Assembly (NCBI GenBank): GCA_963731325.1
Contig: CAVSUL010000002.1
Coordinates: 151,421-215,420 of the forward strand
DNA: 64,000 nucleotides
Direction of reading: 5' to 3'
From: an uncultured Verrucomicrobiae bacterium
Lineage (GTDB): Bacteria; Verrucomicrobiota; Verrucomicrobiia; Chthoniobacterales; JAFAMB01
In this document: positions 1 to 9,682 of the stretch, piece by piece
Layout of the letters: every line of letters starts with the position of its first letter
Position numbering within the stretch: the stretch's first letter is position 1
Position numbers and translations under genes: made by a program
Notes under the pieces: generated by a model
Databases searched by the model: none
What the model saw: the letters and a program-made list of their open reading frames with translations, nothing else
What the model was told of the DNA's origin: nothing

Positions 1-683
1 GATTTGAGAAGGCTATCCGCGTTGGTCGCCCGTTTTTTCAGGTTCGCCGTGCCCCTCGCGAAGTCCAGCAACTCGTCGGTCAGGAGCATCATGCGGTCGG
101 CGGCCGAACGGATGATATCGGAAAGGGTCCGAGTAAAATCATCGGTCGTCCGCCGCTCGAGATAATCGACCGAAGACAGGATTGCGGCCATCGGGTTCTT
201 GAGGTCATGAACGATCGAACTCACCATCGTACCCAGGAAGGTCAGGCGCTCGGACTGCAGCAGTTCTTCGACAAAGCGAGCGTTTGTATAACGCAGCCGT
301 TCAATAGTGACTCGGGTAAAATTCAGCGGTAGAACCCGAGGCGCTTTCTCCATAAGCTCGTCGAGTGTTTTTCGATCGAGTTCACCCAGAAAGGCTTTTC
401 CCACCGCGGTCGCCGTCGCCGACCTGGGACCAAAATCGAGAACCGCCAACTCGCCAAAAAAATCATTCGTTTCGAGAATCGTCAGGATTTCCGGCCGGCC
501 CTTTCGACCGATCTTGGAAATTTGCACCCTTCCCCGGCCGACAAGCAGGACTGTGGACCCCGCAGAACCTTCCTGAAAAATCTCGGCGCCGGCCGGGTAC
601 TCGATCTCTCGGATCGGGACCGAACTCAAGACCTCAGGCGAGAGGCCAGAGAAAAGACGGTTCGAAAAGAAGACCGGGTTCAT
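1..683 (-). CDS. Sensor histidine kinase with N-terminal cyclic-nucleotide-binding (CAP/Crp-like) domain; C-terminal part runs off the window edge
   Basis: Manual reverse translation from ATG (complement of 681-683) stays open to position 1. It reads MNPVFFSNRLFSGLSPEVL...FGELAVLDFGPRSATATAV (cNMP-binding FGE and RSA motifs), then the H-box SSIVHDLKNPMAAI. It is absent from the ORF track because there is no stop inside the window. Confidence 0.75.
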   Translation of the reverse strand, partial: MNPVFFSNRLFSGLSPEVLSSVPIREIEYPAGAEIFQEGSAGSTVLLVGRGRVQISKIGRKGRPEILTILETNDFFGELAVLDFGPRSATATAVGKAFLGELDRKTLDELMEKAPRVLPLNFTRVTIERLRYTNARFVEELLQSERLTFLGTMVSSIVHDLKNPMAAILSSVDYLERRTTDDFTRTLSDIIRSAADRMMLLTDELLDFARGTANLKKRATNADSLLK

Positions 684-808
684 TGACTCATCATCCGCAC
701 CGACCCTCTCTCCTGGGCAATCTCTTGGCAGCAGCTCCGACCGGGAGCAAAATCTGGGGCATTTCGCATCGAGCCTTTTCAGAGCATTAAGACCACTGAA
801 ACAGAGTG

Positions 809-1495
809 TCAGAACTTTCGATTCCAGTCCAGCGAGCCGTATTTTTCGCCTGCCAGCCGTTCCGCGAGTGCAAGCGTTCCCGCCAAAAGATCAAATGGCT
901 CGACCTGATCGGCCAATCCTGCGGCGAAGCTGGCTCCTAAATCCGGTGGGATCGCGAGGCCTTGGATCGATCCCTGCAACAGAACCGCGGTGCGATGCCT
1001 TCGCAATGCGGCGCCGGCGACTTTTTTCCCGGCAAGGACCAGGTCGGAAATGACCGGATTCGCAAAACAGGAGTCGGAAGAAAGGGCTCGTCGGCCTGCC
1101 GGCGTAGTCTCTACAGGCGTGCTCGCGTCGACCAGCGCGATCGACCCGTGGATGCCCTGCAGAGCGAAGGCCAGCGCTCGATGAACCTGAGCATAGAGCA
1201 TTGTACTTGGTATGGGAGCCTGGGTGGGGGGTAGAATCAAAGAGTAGGTCAGGTCGTGACCATGACCGACAATGCCTCCACCTGTCCATCGCCGGACAGC
1301 TTTCGTCTGGGGCTGCAGCTCAGCAACCCTTTCCCAGTGCACAAAGTAGCCGTAGGTCCTCCAGGGCTCGGCCCAGCGATACAGTCGAAGGACGGCCCCG
1401 GTCTGTTTGACCGAGTGAACGATTGCCTCGTCGAGGGCCATGTTCATCGGCCCATTGCGGAAAGTGGAATCGAGAAAGAGCGCGATTCGCTTCAC
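809..1495 (-). CDS. Biotin/lipoate A/B protein ligase family protein (LplA/LipB-like)
   Basis: 228-aa ORF. RRWTGGGIVGHGHDLTYSL and GKKVAGAALRR resemble the lipoate ligase/octanoyltransferase catalytic core. 4-bp overlap with the downstream MFS gene. Confidence 0.7.
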   Translation of the reverse strand: MKRIALFLDSTFRNGPMNMALDEAIVHSVKQTGAVLRLYRWAEPWRTYGYFVHWERVAELQPQTKAVRRWTGGGIVGHGHDLTYSLILPPTQAPIPSTMLYAQVHRALAFALQGIHGSIALVDASTPVETTPAGRRALSSDSCFANPVISDLVLAGKKVAGAALRRHRTAVLLQGSIQGLAIPPDLGASFAAGLADQVEPFDLLAGTLALAERLAGEKYGSLDWNRKF

Positions 1496-2760
1496 AATGC
1501 TTCACCGGGACGGGTTTGACGCGGTACTGGGCAGGTGCGGACCCGGCGACAAGCCAGAATCGCCATCCAGCCGACCATGGCAACAATAGCGATCATCCAA
1601 TAAGCCGAACGAGGACCTTGTTCGGCGACCTGCCGAGTCGCCAACGCCAGAAAACCCGCCCGGAGCAGTCTTTCAAGCGCGCTATAGGACAATCCCAAGC
1701 GCCCAACCAGATCGTTTGGCACTGTTTCCAGAATGAGGATACTTCGCGCAACGCGAGAACCGGCGTTCCCCCAGCCCTGCCACAGGTAGGCCAAGAGAAA
1801 AACCGGGACAACCGGAAAGGAAGGAGTTATTGCACTTGCTCCCGCAAAAACACCGACAGTCAAAAGGAGCGTCAGCACGAGACCCAGGCGCGCGTTGATG
1901 GCCGGCACAGTGAGGCCCGCAAGAATTGCACCGGCGGCATAACAGGCTTCGCCCGCCCCATAGATCTCGGGTCCGCGTCCAAGGGTCTGCCGCACAAAGA
2001 TCGGGGCCAGATAGTTCGAAATCATCAGCCCCAGGAAGGGAAGGAAACTTGCAAATATAATAACCGCCAGACGAGGCCGTTGCCGAAGATAGTCGATCCC
2101 GTCAAACATCATTTTCCAAGCCGAACCGTGACCGGTGGAAAACGAGAATCGGCGCTGGTAAGGAATCAATCCGATCAACACAAACCCGCTCAAATAGGCG
2201 AGGCTGTCGATCACCAGGATACCCCAGAGCGGCACCCGGTTGATCAGTACCGCACCCAACGCTCCGGCGATCATTGCGCCGGCCTGCCACTGAACTTCGA
2301 TCGCGCCGCTGAGTGCGGCGTACTGGTCGGGCGAAAGGACCTCCTGGTTAAACGCAAATTGCGCCGGGTAATACAGACTGTGGCCGAGTGACCCGAGCGT
2401 GTAGACGGTCAGCAGATGCCAGAGCTCGACCCGTCGCTCAATCAACAGACTCGTGATAACCAGGATATTCATCACGACGTTAAAGAGAAAGAAGCCGAGC
2501 ATAATCGCTTTCCGCGAGGAGCGGTCCACCAGCTTGCCCAGGTATGGCAGCAGTAGAAAAATCAGGAGGGTAACAGCCACATTCGAGTAACCGAAAAGCG
2601 ACGCTCCGTTTGGGCGTTGGATCAGTAGCCAGGGAATTGCCATGAAAGTGATTCCTGCCCCGACCACGAGGAAAAAATTCGCCAGCAACACAAGGCGCGC
2701 TTTGGGATCCCGCCAGAGATTCACTGCAGGCAGCTGAGCAGGGGAAGAGGAGGCAGTCAA
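1492..2760 (-). CDS. MFS transporter
   Basis: 422-aa ORF, hydrophobic throughout with about 12 helix-like segments by eye. The antisense 322-aa ORF is R/S/P-rich and looks spurious. Confidence 0.8.
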   Translation of the reverse strand: MTASSSPAQLPAVNLWRDPKARLVLLANFFLVVGAGITFMAIPWLLIQRPNGASLFGYSNVAVTLLIFLLLPYLGKLVDRSSRKAIMLGFFLFNVVMNILVITSLLIERRVELWHLLTVYTLGSLGHSLYYPAQFAFNQEVLSPDQYAALSGAIEVQWQAGAMIAGALGAVLINRVPLWGILVIDSLAYLSGFVLIGLIPYQRRFSFSTGHGSAWKMMFDGIDYLRQRPRLAVIIFASFLPFLGLMISNYLAPIFVRQTLGRGPEIYGAGEACYAAGAILAGLTVPAINARLGLVLTLLLTVGVFAGASAITPSFPVVPVFLLAYLWQGWGNAGSRVARSILILETVPNDLVGRLGLSYSALERLLRAGFLALATRQVAEQGPRSAYWMIAIVAMVGWMAILACRRVRTCPVPRQTRPGEAL

Positions 2761-2873
2761 TTACGGCATCGGTTTGGTCGTATAGGTCCTATGGGTCGCG
2801 CGGCCTCAAACCTTCGGTGTAGGGCGGGGAGGAGATTAAGCGGTAGGCAAGGACGAGGAAACAAGTAGGCTCA

Positions 2874-3356
2874 ATGCTTATGCCGAAGACCTCCAGCGCT
2901 GGCCTGCTCATGTACCGCGTCACCGATGGACGGCTCGAAGTATTGCTGGTTCATCCCGGCGGACCTTTTTGGAAAAAGAAGGATGACGGCGCCTGGACGT
3001 TTCCGCGAGGGGGGGTAGCCGAAGGAGAAGAACTCTTCCGAGCGGCCGTCCGTGAGTTTTCCGAGGAAACCGGCCTTGTTCCAGACGGACCCTATCTTGA
3101 GCTCGGTTTCACCCGTCAGAAATCGGGTAAGCTGGTTTACGCTTGGGCATTTGCGGGATCATGCGACCCAGCGACGATACGAAGTAACATCTTCGAACTG
3201 GAATGGCCGCCTCGATCGGGCAAGTATCAGTCTTTCCCCGAAATCGACCGCGCCGATTTTTTCGGCTTGGAAAGAGCGGAACAGAAAATACTAGCAGCAG
3301 AACGGCCTTTTCTCAGTCGATTGGCCGAAGCGGTAAGCGGCGAACCTCTCCAATAA
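2874..3356 (+). CDS. NUDIX hydrolase
   Basis: 160 aa with Nudix box GGVAEGEELFRAAVREFSEETG. Confidence 0.85.
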   Translation: MLMPKTSSAGLLMYRVTDGRLEVLLVHPGGPFWKKKDDGAWTFPRGGVAEGEELFRAAVREFSEETGLVPDGPYLELGFTRQKSGKLVYAWAFAGSCDPATIRSNIFELEWPPRSGKYQSFPEIDRADFFGLERAEQKILAAERPFLSRLAEAVSGEPLQ

Positions 3357-3373
3357 GCCTGAGGATTGCCTGT

Positions 3374-3394
3374 GAGTTGTCGCCGCTTTCGGAT
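3374..3394. repeat. Degenerate fragment of the family-1 inverted-repeat arm
   Basis: GAGTTGTCGCCGCTTTCGGAT matches the inner part of the family-1 arm (CGACTTGTCGCCGCTTTCGGAT) with 2 mismatches. No partner arm is present. Confidence 0.4.
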
Positions 3395-3545
3395 GCAGGG
3401 CAGCAGACGGACGAGCGGAGCTCGTCCCTGCCCCACTCCGATCGCGATGGACCGGTAGGGATCGCCTCCGGCGGTCCAGGATCGCGCGCCGCGCGGTCCG
3501 AGACCCAAGAACCGTCCTTTTGACAGGCCAGACGCGACCGGAGTT

Positions 3546-4304
3546 GTGCAGAACACTCATCCGCGTCCAGCTTTGACGACTGAGACCGCCACCTTTTTGA
3601 ATTTTTTCATTCTGGCGGTCAGCGCTTTCACGTTTTTCCGACTGGCCGGCAAAATCCAGCGAGGCCGAACCGACGAAGTCGATGAACGAATGCTGAAGGC
3701 ATTGCGCCGTCCCGAAAATCCAGCGGTTCCGAGAGGACCAGGCTGGCTCCCCGAGGTGGCCCAGGACCTGACCTCTCTGGGCAGCGGAAGTACCCTCACC
3801 TTGGTAACCTTTCTCGTGGTTGGTGCGCTCAGTCTGGTACGCAGGTTTCGAGCTGCGGCCTTTCTCCTCTTTTCTTTGGGGAGCGGAACGGTTTTGAGTC
3901 GTCTGTTGAAGGATTTTTTTGTCCGTGATCGGCCAACGATCGTTCCAAAACTCACCCATTTCGATCCCGGGAGTTTCCCGAGCGGTCATTCCATGCTTTC
4001 CGCATTGGTCTACCTGACGCTCGGTGGAATTGTCTCACGGCAAACGCGGGGTTCCGTTGCGAAAGCTTATTTCCTGGCCAGCGCGGTCCTCGTAAGTCTG
4101 CTGGTGGGTCTCAGCCGTATCTACCTTGGAGTACACTACCCCAGCGATGTGCTTGCGGGGTGGGCAGCCGGTTCACTCTGGTCCACCGTTTGTACCCAGG
4201 CCGCACGGCTGCTTCAGCGCGGAGGCCAGATGGAGCGAGCGGCGGAAGACCAAAATGGAATCGCTCAAGGCATTGGGCCCTTGGTCGCTTCCCAACAAGA
4301 GTAA
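3546..4304 (+). CDS. PAP2-family phosphatase (membrane)
   Basis: 252 aa with PAP2 motifs SFPSGHS and SRIYLGVHYPSDV. GTG start as given by the ORF track. Confidence 0.85.
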   Translation: MQNTHPRPALTTETATFLNFFILAVSAFTFFRLAGKIQRGRTDEVDERMLKALRRPENPAVPRGPGWLPEVAQDLTSLGSGSTLTLVTFLVVGALSLVRRFRAAAFLLFSLGSGTVLSRLLKDFFVRDRPTIVPKLTHFDPGSFPSGHSMLSALVYLTLGGIVSRQTRGSVAKAYFLASAVLVSLLVGLSRIYLGVHYPSDVLAGWAAGSLWSTVCTQAARLLQRGGQMERAAEDQNGIAQGIGPLVASQQE

Positions 4305-5135
4305 CTCTCGGCGGCGACCTGCCAATCCTCTTGAGATTGGACGATCATCACGCGAACTCTGGAATCGCCAGCAGCGATATCCATATCGGGGACACCTCTC
4401 CGATTTGCCTCGGCATGGAGTTTCACACCCAAAAAGCCGAACGGCTCACAGGCGCGCGCTCGAATCTCCGGTTCTGATTCTCCGATGGCGTCAGTAAATA
4501 CCAGCGCGTCCAAGCCGGCCAAACTGGCAATCATCGCACCAATTCCAGACCGGAGACGGTGGACAAACACGTCGATAGCCAGGGTCGCCCGGTTGTTTCC
4601 TTTCTTTGATTCCGGAAGGATTACCCTGGTATCACCCGGTAGGCCAGACAACCCGGCAAGACCGGACTCTTTGTTCAAAAGTCTTTCAAGCTGTTCCGGA
4701 GAAGCCCCTCTTTTTGCGAGATAAATCAGGATACCAGGATCTACCGAGCCGGATCGAGTGCACATCGCCACACCGTCGAGCGGCGTAAACCCCATCCGCG
4801 AATTGCGCTTCGCTCTTCCCAAAGACGGTCTCGGCGACTTTAATCCCTTCGAGCTGGACCGGATTGTGCAAAGGCGAGAACTCGTACTCGATCAACCACA
4901 TGTATAGACCTCTCCTCACAACAATCATCCACCTCAATCCCCCTCAACCCCCCCCCCCCCCCTCGCGGTTTTTGATCTTGATCAGCAGCTCCTCGGGCGG
5001 CTGATCCGGAGCCGTCGAATCAACTTTGGCTTGCCAGATCGGCGGACGAGGGCTTTCTGTCGAGGCATTTGCCGCAAAATCGAAAATCGCGAGTTTCTGA
5101 CTGCCGCTTCCGATGTTGAGAACAAGCATCAGCAT
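4265..5135 (-). pseudogene. ackA: Acetate kinase relic (in-frame stop, frameshift, internal deletions)
   Basis: Three ORF pieces match AckA. 4944-5135: MLMLVLNIGSGSQKLAIF (N-terminal ATP-binding motif). 4686-4937: EFSPLHNPVQLEGI. 4265-4822: MGFTPLDGVAMCTRSGSVDPG...VFTDAIGE. The total is only about 290 codons against about 400 for AckA. The segment carrying the DTAFH and GAHGTSH motifs is missing. Confidence 0.7.
4948..4962. repeat. Homopolymer C15 (G15 on the ackA coding strand)
   Basis: Counted directly: 15 consecutive C at 4948-4962. They encode the GGGGG just before the in-frame TGA that ends the first ackA fragment. Confidence 0.95.
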
Positions 5136-5156
5136 AAGAAAAGTCCTGTCTTTTGA

Positions 5157-7286
5157 TCACGGGCCAACGGCATTACGTGCAAAGAATTTCCTGATCTCGG
5201 CGAGTTCATTGTTGCGGACCACATCGTCCCAAGCAGCCTTGATTTCCGCTTTATCGGATCCGCGCAGATGCCAGGAAAGGGGCGCCTGATAGCCGGCGGC
5301 CATCTGTGGAAAGCTCACCGTCGCGAAGGTGATTCGAACCGGGTACACTGGATCCAGTTCCCAGCGCTTCGAGAATGCCGAAAAATCGCGTTGGGAAAAA
5401 CCGGTCTGCACCTGGTTTCGCACGTTCAACACGGCTTGAAGCGGCGAAAGCAATTGAAAAAATGGCCCGGATTCCGGCCGGACCGTTCCCGATTCTGCGA
5501 TAGGAAAAGGAAGGATCTGGATCACGAGGATTTCTTTCGACCGCTGGCCAGCCCCCTTGGCCGCCCGGGATTGAAGAGCCGCATCCAGCCAGGTCGTGAG
5601 GGCAACCAATCCCGAGTTGTCGAAATAACCTCCATCGACCAAGTGCAAGTCACCGTTTGCGACGGAATTTGCCAGATCGGGCCGGGCAGCCGGCGAGACA
5701 AAAGGGAAGGTAGCGGAGAGCCGGGCCGCGGTGGAGATCGCCACATCCCAATCGCCGTAAAGCGCATCAAAGTCCGCCTGTCCCTGGGCGATATCCTGAT
5801 TTCCGAAGTGAGAAGTTGAAAAGGTGAATCTTTGACCGGTCTCGACCACCGTGGCGTTGAAGATGACCGCCGGGAGCTGCCCAGCGGTTGTCTCTTGCCG
5901 CCATTCTTTTAGAGTCGCCGCTGCCAACAACGGTTTGCCCGACTTTGGAAAACGCGAGTCGCAACTGCTGACCCAGGCTCGCTCCAGGCCTCGAGCGCGA
6001 TCCTCCTCCCGGTCTTGAATCAGGAAAGGCGCGAGGATACGCATCAGGTCCGAATAAGCCAACCCCTGAACAGCTGGTCCCAGGCTCGAAGCTTCCGCCG
6101 AATCGATAATGTTTTGGGCAAGGCTCGCAGACTGGCCGGAAAGCGGAAATTCACCTTGCAAGTAATCCATCAAACCAACGCTGCCGCCAGAAACACCGCT
6201 GACAACGCGGATTGAACGAGCGAACGTTTGTTTCTCCGGATCGCCGAGAACGTTGTCGAGTCCTGTCAGAACCTGCGTGGTCCAAGCGGCCGCCTGGATT
6301 CCTCCGCCCGCCGCCGCGACCAGCACAAAAGGACGATCATCGGATTCAGCAGTATCGAGCAACTCGCCCGGGGAGGTGTGATCCGGTTCTGCGCTCTTTT
6401 GCGCTGTGGTAAGCGGGTAATAGTGGTCGGAGTTCGGGGAATGGGCAAACAAGGCCACCCAGATGATGAGTGGCAACAGTACCGGCACCCGGTAGGCATC
6501 GAAGAAGAAGGCGACGCCGGCAAAAAGCCAAACGTAGATTGCCGCCAGCAGCAACAAATAACCCAGCGGCGGCAGCGGCGCTCGGCGGACTCCAAGATAG
6601 AAAACGAAAAGAATCACTAGACTGAGGAAGGCCTCCACATGCGGTCGATAGATCCGCAATTTCCCCTCCTGGAACGTAAAGTACCCGCGCCAAAATTGTT
6701 TCGGCAGGAAGAAATTGGCCACTGGCACACGGATTAAAGGAGCGTCGGCCAGCTTTTGCAAAGCTTCATGCCCACGTTCTGTCGATCCAGGAACAAAGGG
6801 TAGTAAGACGAGTCGCGAAAACAGGTACAACACGATCCCGGAGACTAGGCCAAGAACAAATCCGCCGGCGATCTGAAACCAGGGCGCCCCGCTCACTAAC
6901 AGCAGGCAAACGAGATGAGCAACGACAATCAGAACGCTGGCGATATCCCTCACGATCTGGCCGATCGCGGAGCGACCGGGCAGAACATGTCCAATCCGCA
7001 CAGCGCCAAGACTGAGAACCGACTCGGACGTCATGCGAATTGCCCAAAGCGTCAGAAAAAGCAGGAAACCGACTGCAGCCGCCTCCCAAAAACCGGCGAG
7101 ATCGAACGCCCCAAGCAACAAACGGCTGCCGGTCCCGGAGCGAGCAAGAAACGGAAAGAACAAAAGGAGAGCGAGCGCCAGGAAGCTTATCCGGCACAGA
7201 TAAAGCCGCTGAGTGCCGAAGCCGATGATCAGGACAAGCAACCCAATGCCGGTGATCACCAAGGGGATCCACATTTTTTTGTGCAT
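5157..7286 (-). CDS. Polytopic membrane protein with C-terminal patatin-like phospholipase domain
   Basis: I start at MHKKMWIPLVITG (M76 of the 784-aa ORF) because the upstream 75 codons translate repeat copy 7378-7506. About 8 hydrophobic helices precede the patatin motifs AAGGGIQAAAW (oxyanion hole), GVSGG (GxSxG) and HLVDGGYFDNSG (catalytic DGG). Confidence 0.75.
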   Translation of the reverse strand: MHKKMWIPLVITGIGLLVLIIGFGTQRLYLCRISFLALALLLFFPFLARSGTGSRLLLGAFDLAGFWEAAAVGFLLFLTLWAIRMTSESVLSLGAVRIGHVLPGRSAIGQIVRDIASVLIVVAHLVCLLLVSGAPWFQIAGGFVLGLVSGIVLYLFSRLVLLPFVPGSTERGHEALQKLADAPLIRVPVANFFLPKQFWRGYFTFQEGKLRIYRPHVEAFLSLVILFVFYLGVRRAPLPPLGYLLLLAAIYVWLFAGVAFFFDAYRVPVLLPLIIWVALFAHSPNSDHYYPLTTAQKSAEPDHTSPGELLDTAESDDRPFVLVAAAGGGIQAAAWTTQVLTGLDNVLGDPEKQTFARSIRVVSGVSGGSVGLMDYLQGEFPLSGQSASLAQNIIDSAEASSLGPAVQGLAYSDLMRILAPFLIQDREEDRARGLERAWVSSCDSRFPKSGKPLLAAATLKEWRQETTAGQLPAVIFNATVVETGQRFTFSTSHFGNQDIAQGQADFDALYGDWDVAISTAARLSATFPFVSPAARPDLANSVANGDLHLVDGGYFDNSGLVALTTWLDAALQSRAAKGAGQRSKEILVIQILPFPIAESGTVRPESGPFFQLLSPLQAVLNVRNQVQTGFSQRDFSAFSKRWELDPVYPVRITFATVSFPQMAAGYQAPLSWHLRGSDKAEIKAAWDDVVRNNELAEIRKFFARNAVGP

Positions 7287-7377
7287 CGCCAGGGTAAGCG
7301 TTGAGCTGGGAAATGGGAAGGTCGAATGCGGGGCGACGGACGGTCTCGTCCGGATCTTCCGGCGAAGGCTACTCTGT

Positions 7378-7506
7378 GTTTTGGAGTGCGCGCGACTTGT
7401 CGCCGCTTTCGGATCGCGCGGAGCGTGACCTCCAGCCAGAGGACGCAACCACAAAGCGCGGGGTTTCCCGGCAAAAAGCGGCGACAAGTCGCGCGCACTC
7501 CAAAAC
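7378..7506. repeat. Family-1 inverted-repeat element, short copy (129 bp)
   Basis: Left arm GTTTTGGAGTGCGCGCGACTTGTCGCCGCTTTCGGATCGCGCGGAGCG. Right arm AAAGCGGCGACAAGTCGCGCGCACTCCAAAAC. The interior is shortened. Confidence 0.85.
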
Positions 7507-7524
7507 GTCACTCCACCTGCCTAC

Positions 7525-9501
7525 TCAAAAAGAGATCGAAAAACCGGCGTTGCCGGTATACTCCTCACCGTCCGAACGCCCCACCAGAGCGTCAAATCCG
7601 AGCTGGCCGCAAAAGCGTTCCGTGAAATGAATTCGGAGCCCAAACCCGAGGCGGCCGTAATCCTGTGAGCTATCTTCTATCGCGCTATCCAACTCAAGGG
7701 ACGGCTCCGCGGTAAATCGCGATTTGATAGTCGTGCCATCGCCTAGAAATTCATGCTCGTACTCCGCCTTGATGTAGGGTTGCACCAGCGTGCTCCCCAA
7801 ATGAAAATCGTAGTTTGCTCGCAGCCCGATCGTCCCAAACAGATCGTTGACTTCCCGGCTCCCGACTGCCTGCGTAAGAACCGGATCGCCCGATTCCGAG
7901 TAGCTATTCACGTTGACGGTGGTAAACGTGAGACTGCCAATCGGACCCACCGAGAAATCACCTAAGTTCCAGAAGTAGGCGCCCTGCGCGCCAACGAGCA
8001 CGGTGTGGCCATTTGGCTGGCCCTGAATCGTGTCGCCAAGGATTCCCGGCCGTCTCTGATCAAACTCATCGTAACCATAGGACGCGATTCCGCCGGCAAA
8101 CCAGTGAGGCCCATGAAAATCGACAAAACCGCCGACCTGGTAAGCGTCCACCTGCACCCGCCCCTGCCCGTCGTTCAGGTCGGCCCAATTATAACCGTAG
8201 CCAAAAAGAAGTCCGGCGCTGATCAGAGGATTGAACGCATAGCTCGCTCCAATGGCGACGTTGCCCAAGGAATAATCAAATCCCGTCGAGTTAAAACGAT
8301 CGTCCCGCGAGCCTTGCCGGTAATCGCCCACCACGAAGATTGACCAACGCTTTTCCGGTCCAGCCGAAATAACGGACGGAGGCGCAACCGGTTCCTTTCC
8401 GCTCGAGACAGCACCTTTCCCTTCGCTCACCGGCACGGGCGCTGGCGGCGGCTCCGGCGGCAGGGGCGACGGCCCAAGCTGATCGTAAAGCAAATCGCCA
8501 AATCCACGGACTCCGTAGGTCATCAGCTGGGTCTGGCTGGCCAGGGTGGCCGGCGCCCCAACCATGTTGGCTATATAGCGAGCTACGAGCAAGTGACCAG
8601 CGGTCGTAGGATGAACAGAGTCCCAGAACAGGTGTTCGTTCTGCACGGAAGTCGGCGCGAACAATAGCGCCGGGTTCGCGTTCGCCGCGTCGGTCACATT
8701 GGTGAAACCGTACCGGGTCGGATCCGCCACAATCTGGCGGAAAGCAAGATCAGCCGGAAACAGAAAAATGTTGGCGCCAGTCCCGGCGTGCACTCGTGCC
8801 AGATTCAGAGCAAGGATCTGATCGTGGTTTTCGGACAGCTGGGTAGCCGTCGCCGAGACGAGCGCCCGCTGTACTGGATTGGCAATACTGTTCACCAGCG
8901 GCAGCTTTCCGAGATCCGGCAAATTGACGAAGACCAGGCGTCTAGCCCCTGAACTGATCAAACGCCGGGCCGCTGACTCGAGGTTTGAAGTGTCCTGGAT
9001 AACCGTGGCCGTGGCTAGTTCAGGAGTAATGGAACCGGGCGGACTCGCCAAAAGCTGGAAGTAATCGTTGGCGCCAGCCCATACGGCAACCAGATCACGG
9101 CTCCGAAAACGCAGACCCTCATCCTGGAATAATGTGATTTGGTCGGCCAGTCCGGGCAGAGGCACAGGACCGATCCCAGGGATGCTGGTAATATTTCCGC
9201 TGCCGGAAAGAGCACCGCCGACGCCAAAGTTGGTGCCGGTACCGTAAACTGTGCCGACACTGCTGTTCAATCCGAGCAGCCCGGGGAGGTATTCCGCAAA
9301 GGTCGGACCGTTACTATAGCGGAAGCCGACGTACAGCGGGGATGGCGGAAAAGGTATCCCGAGGATCCGAGGCGTATTTCCGTTATCGACCAGACTGTCG
9401 CCAAACGCGAAGAGGGAGCCAGCGCTCCGGGCGGAGGCAATCCCTCCGAAGACGGTCAGCGCGAACAAGCTTAGCCTGGGCAAGAGGCGAAAGAAGCGCA
9501 T
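7525..9501 (-). CDS. Autotransporter with SGNH/GDSL lipase-esterase passenger domain (EstA-like)
   Basis: 658 aa. Signal peptide, GDSL block FAFGDSLVDNGN, and a C-terminal beta-barrel-like alternating region ending in NAGFSISF (terminal Phe). Confidence 0.85.
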   Translation of the reverse strand: MRFFRLLPRLSLFALTVFGGIASARSAGSLFAFGDSLVDNGNTPRILGIPFPPSPLYVGFRYSNGPTFAEYLPGLLGLNSSVGTVYGTGTNFGVGGALSGSGNITSIPGIGPVPLPGLADQITLFQDEGLRFRSRDLVAVWAGANDYFQLLASPPGSITPELATATVIQDTSNLESAARRLISSGARRLVFVNLPDLGKLPLVNSIANPVQRALVSATATQLSENHDQILALNLARVHAGTGANIFLFPADLAFRQIVADPTRYGFTNVTDAANANPALLFAPTSVQNEHLFWDSVHPTTAGHLLVARYIANMVGAPATLASQTQLMTYGVRGFGDLLYDQLGPSPLPPEPPPAPVPVSEGKGAVSSGKEPVAPPSVISAGPEKRWSIFVVGDYRQGSRDDRFNSTGFDYSLGNVAIGASYAFNPLISAGLLFGYGYNWADLNDGQGRVQVDAYQVGGFVDFHGPHWFAGGIASYGYDEFDQRRPGILGDTIQGQPNGHTVLVGAQGAYFWNLGDFSVGPIGSLTFTTVNVNSYSESGDPVLTQAVGSREVNDLFGTIGLRANYDFHLGSTLVQPYIKAEYEHEFLGDGTTIKSRFTAEPSLELDSAIEDSSQDYGRLGFGLRIHFTERFCGQLGFDALVGRSDGEEYTGNAGFSISF

Positions 9502-9682
9502 GGCAACGAGAGAGCTTTAGAGGTTTTCATGGTACTACGGACCCCGGCTAGTGTGTAAACAATAAAATCCGGCAACCGCTGATTTTCCGGATCAAGGAGC
9601 CAGGCTTCAGGCCAATAGATGCTCCGCGGCTTGGCGCTTCAAAAACTCGAGCCCGTTGGCGGTCAGATCCCGCGGACCGTAC

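Noticed and set aside
7287-7511. 75-codon N-terminal extension of the patatin ORF. Similar extensions occur for DAHP synthase (14652-14843), the esterase (37995-38207), the helicase (44414-44476) and the LolC/E permease (63177-63353).
   Set aside because: The extensions translate repeat elements or tandem arrays, or overlap neighbouring genes. Internal Met codons give N-termini that match the protein families.
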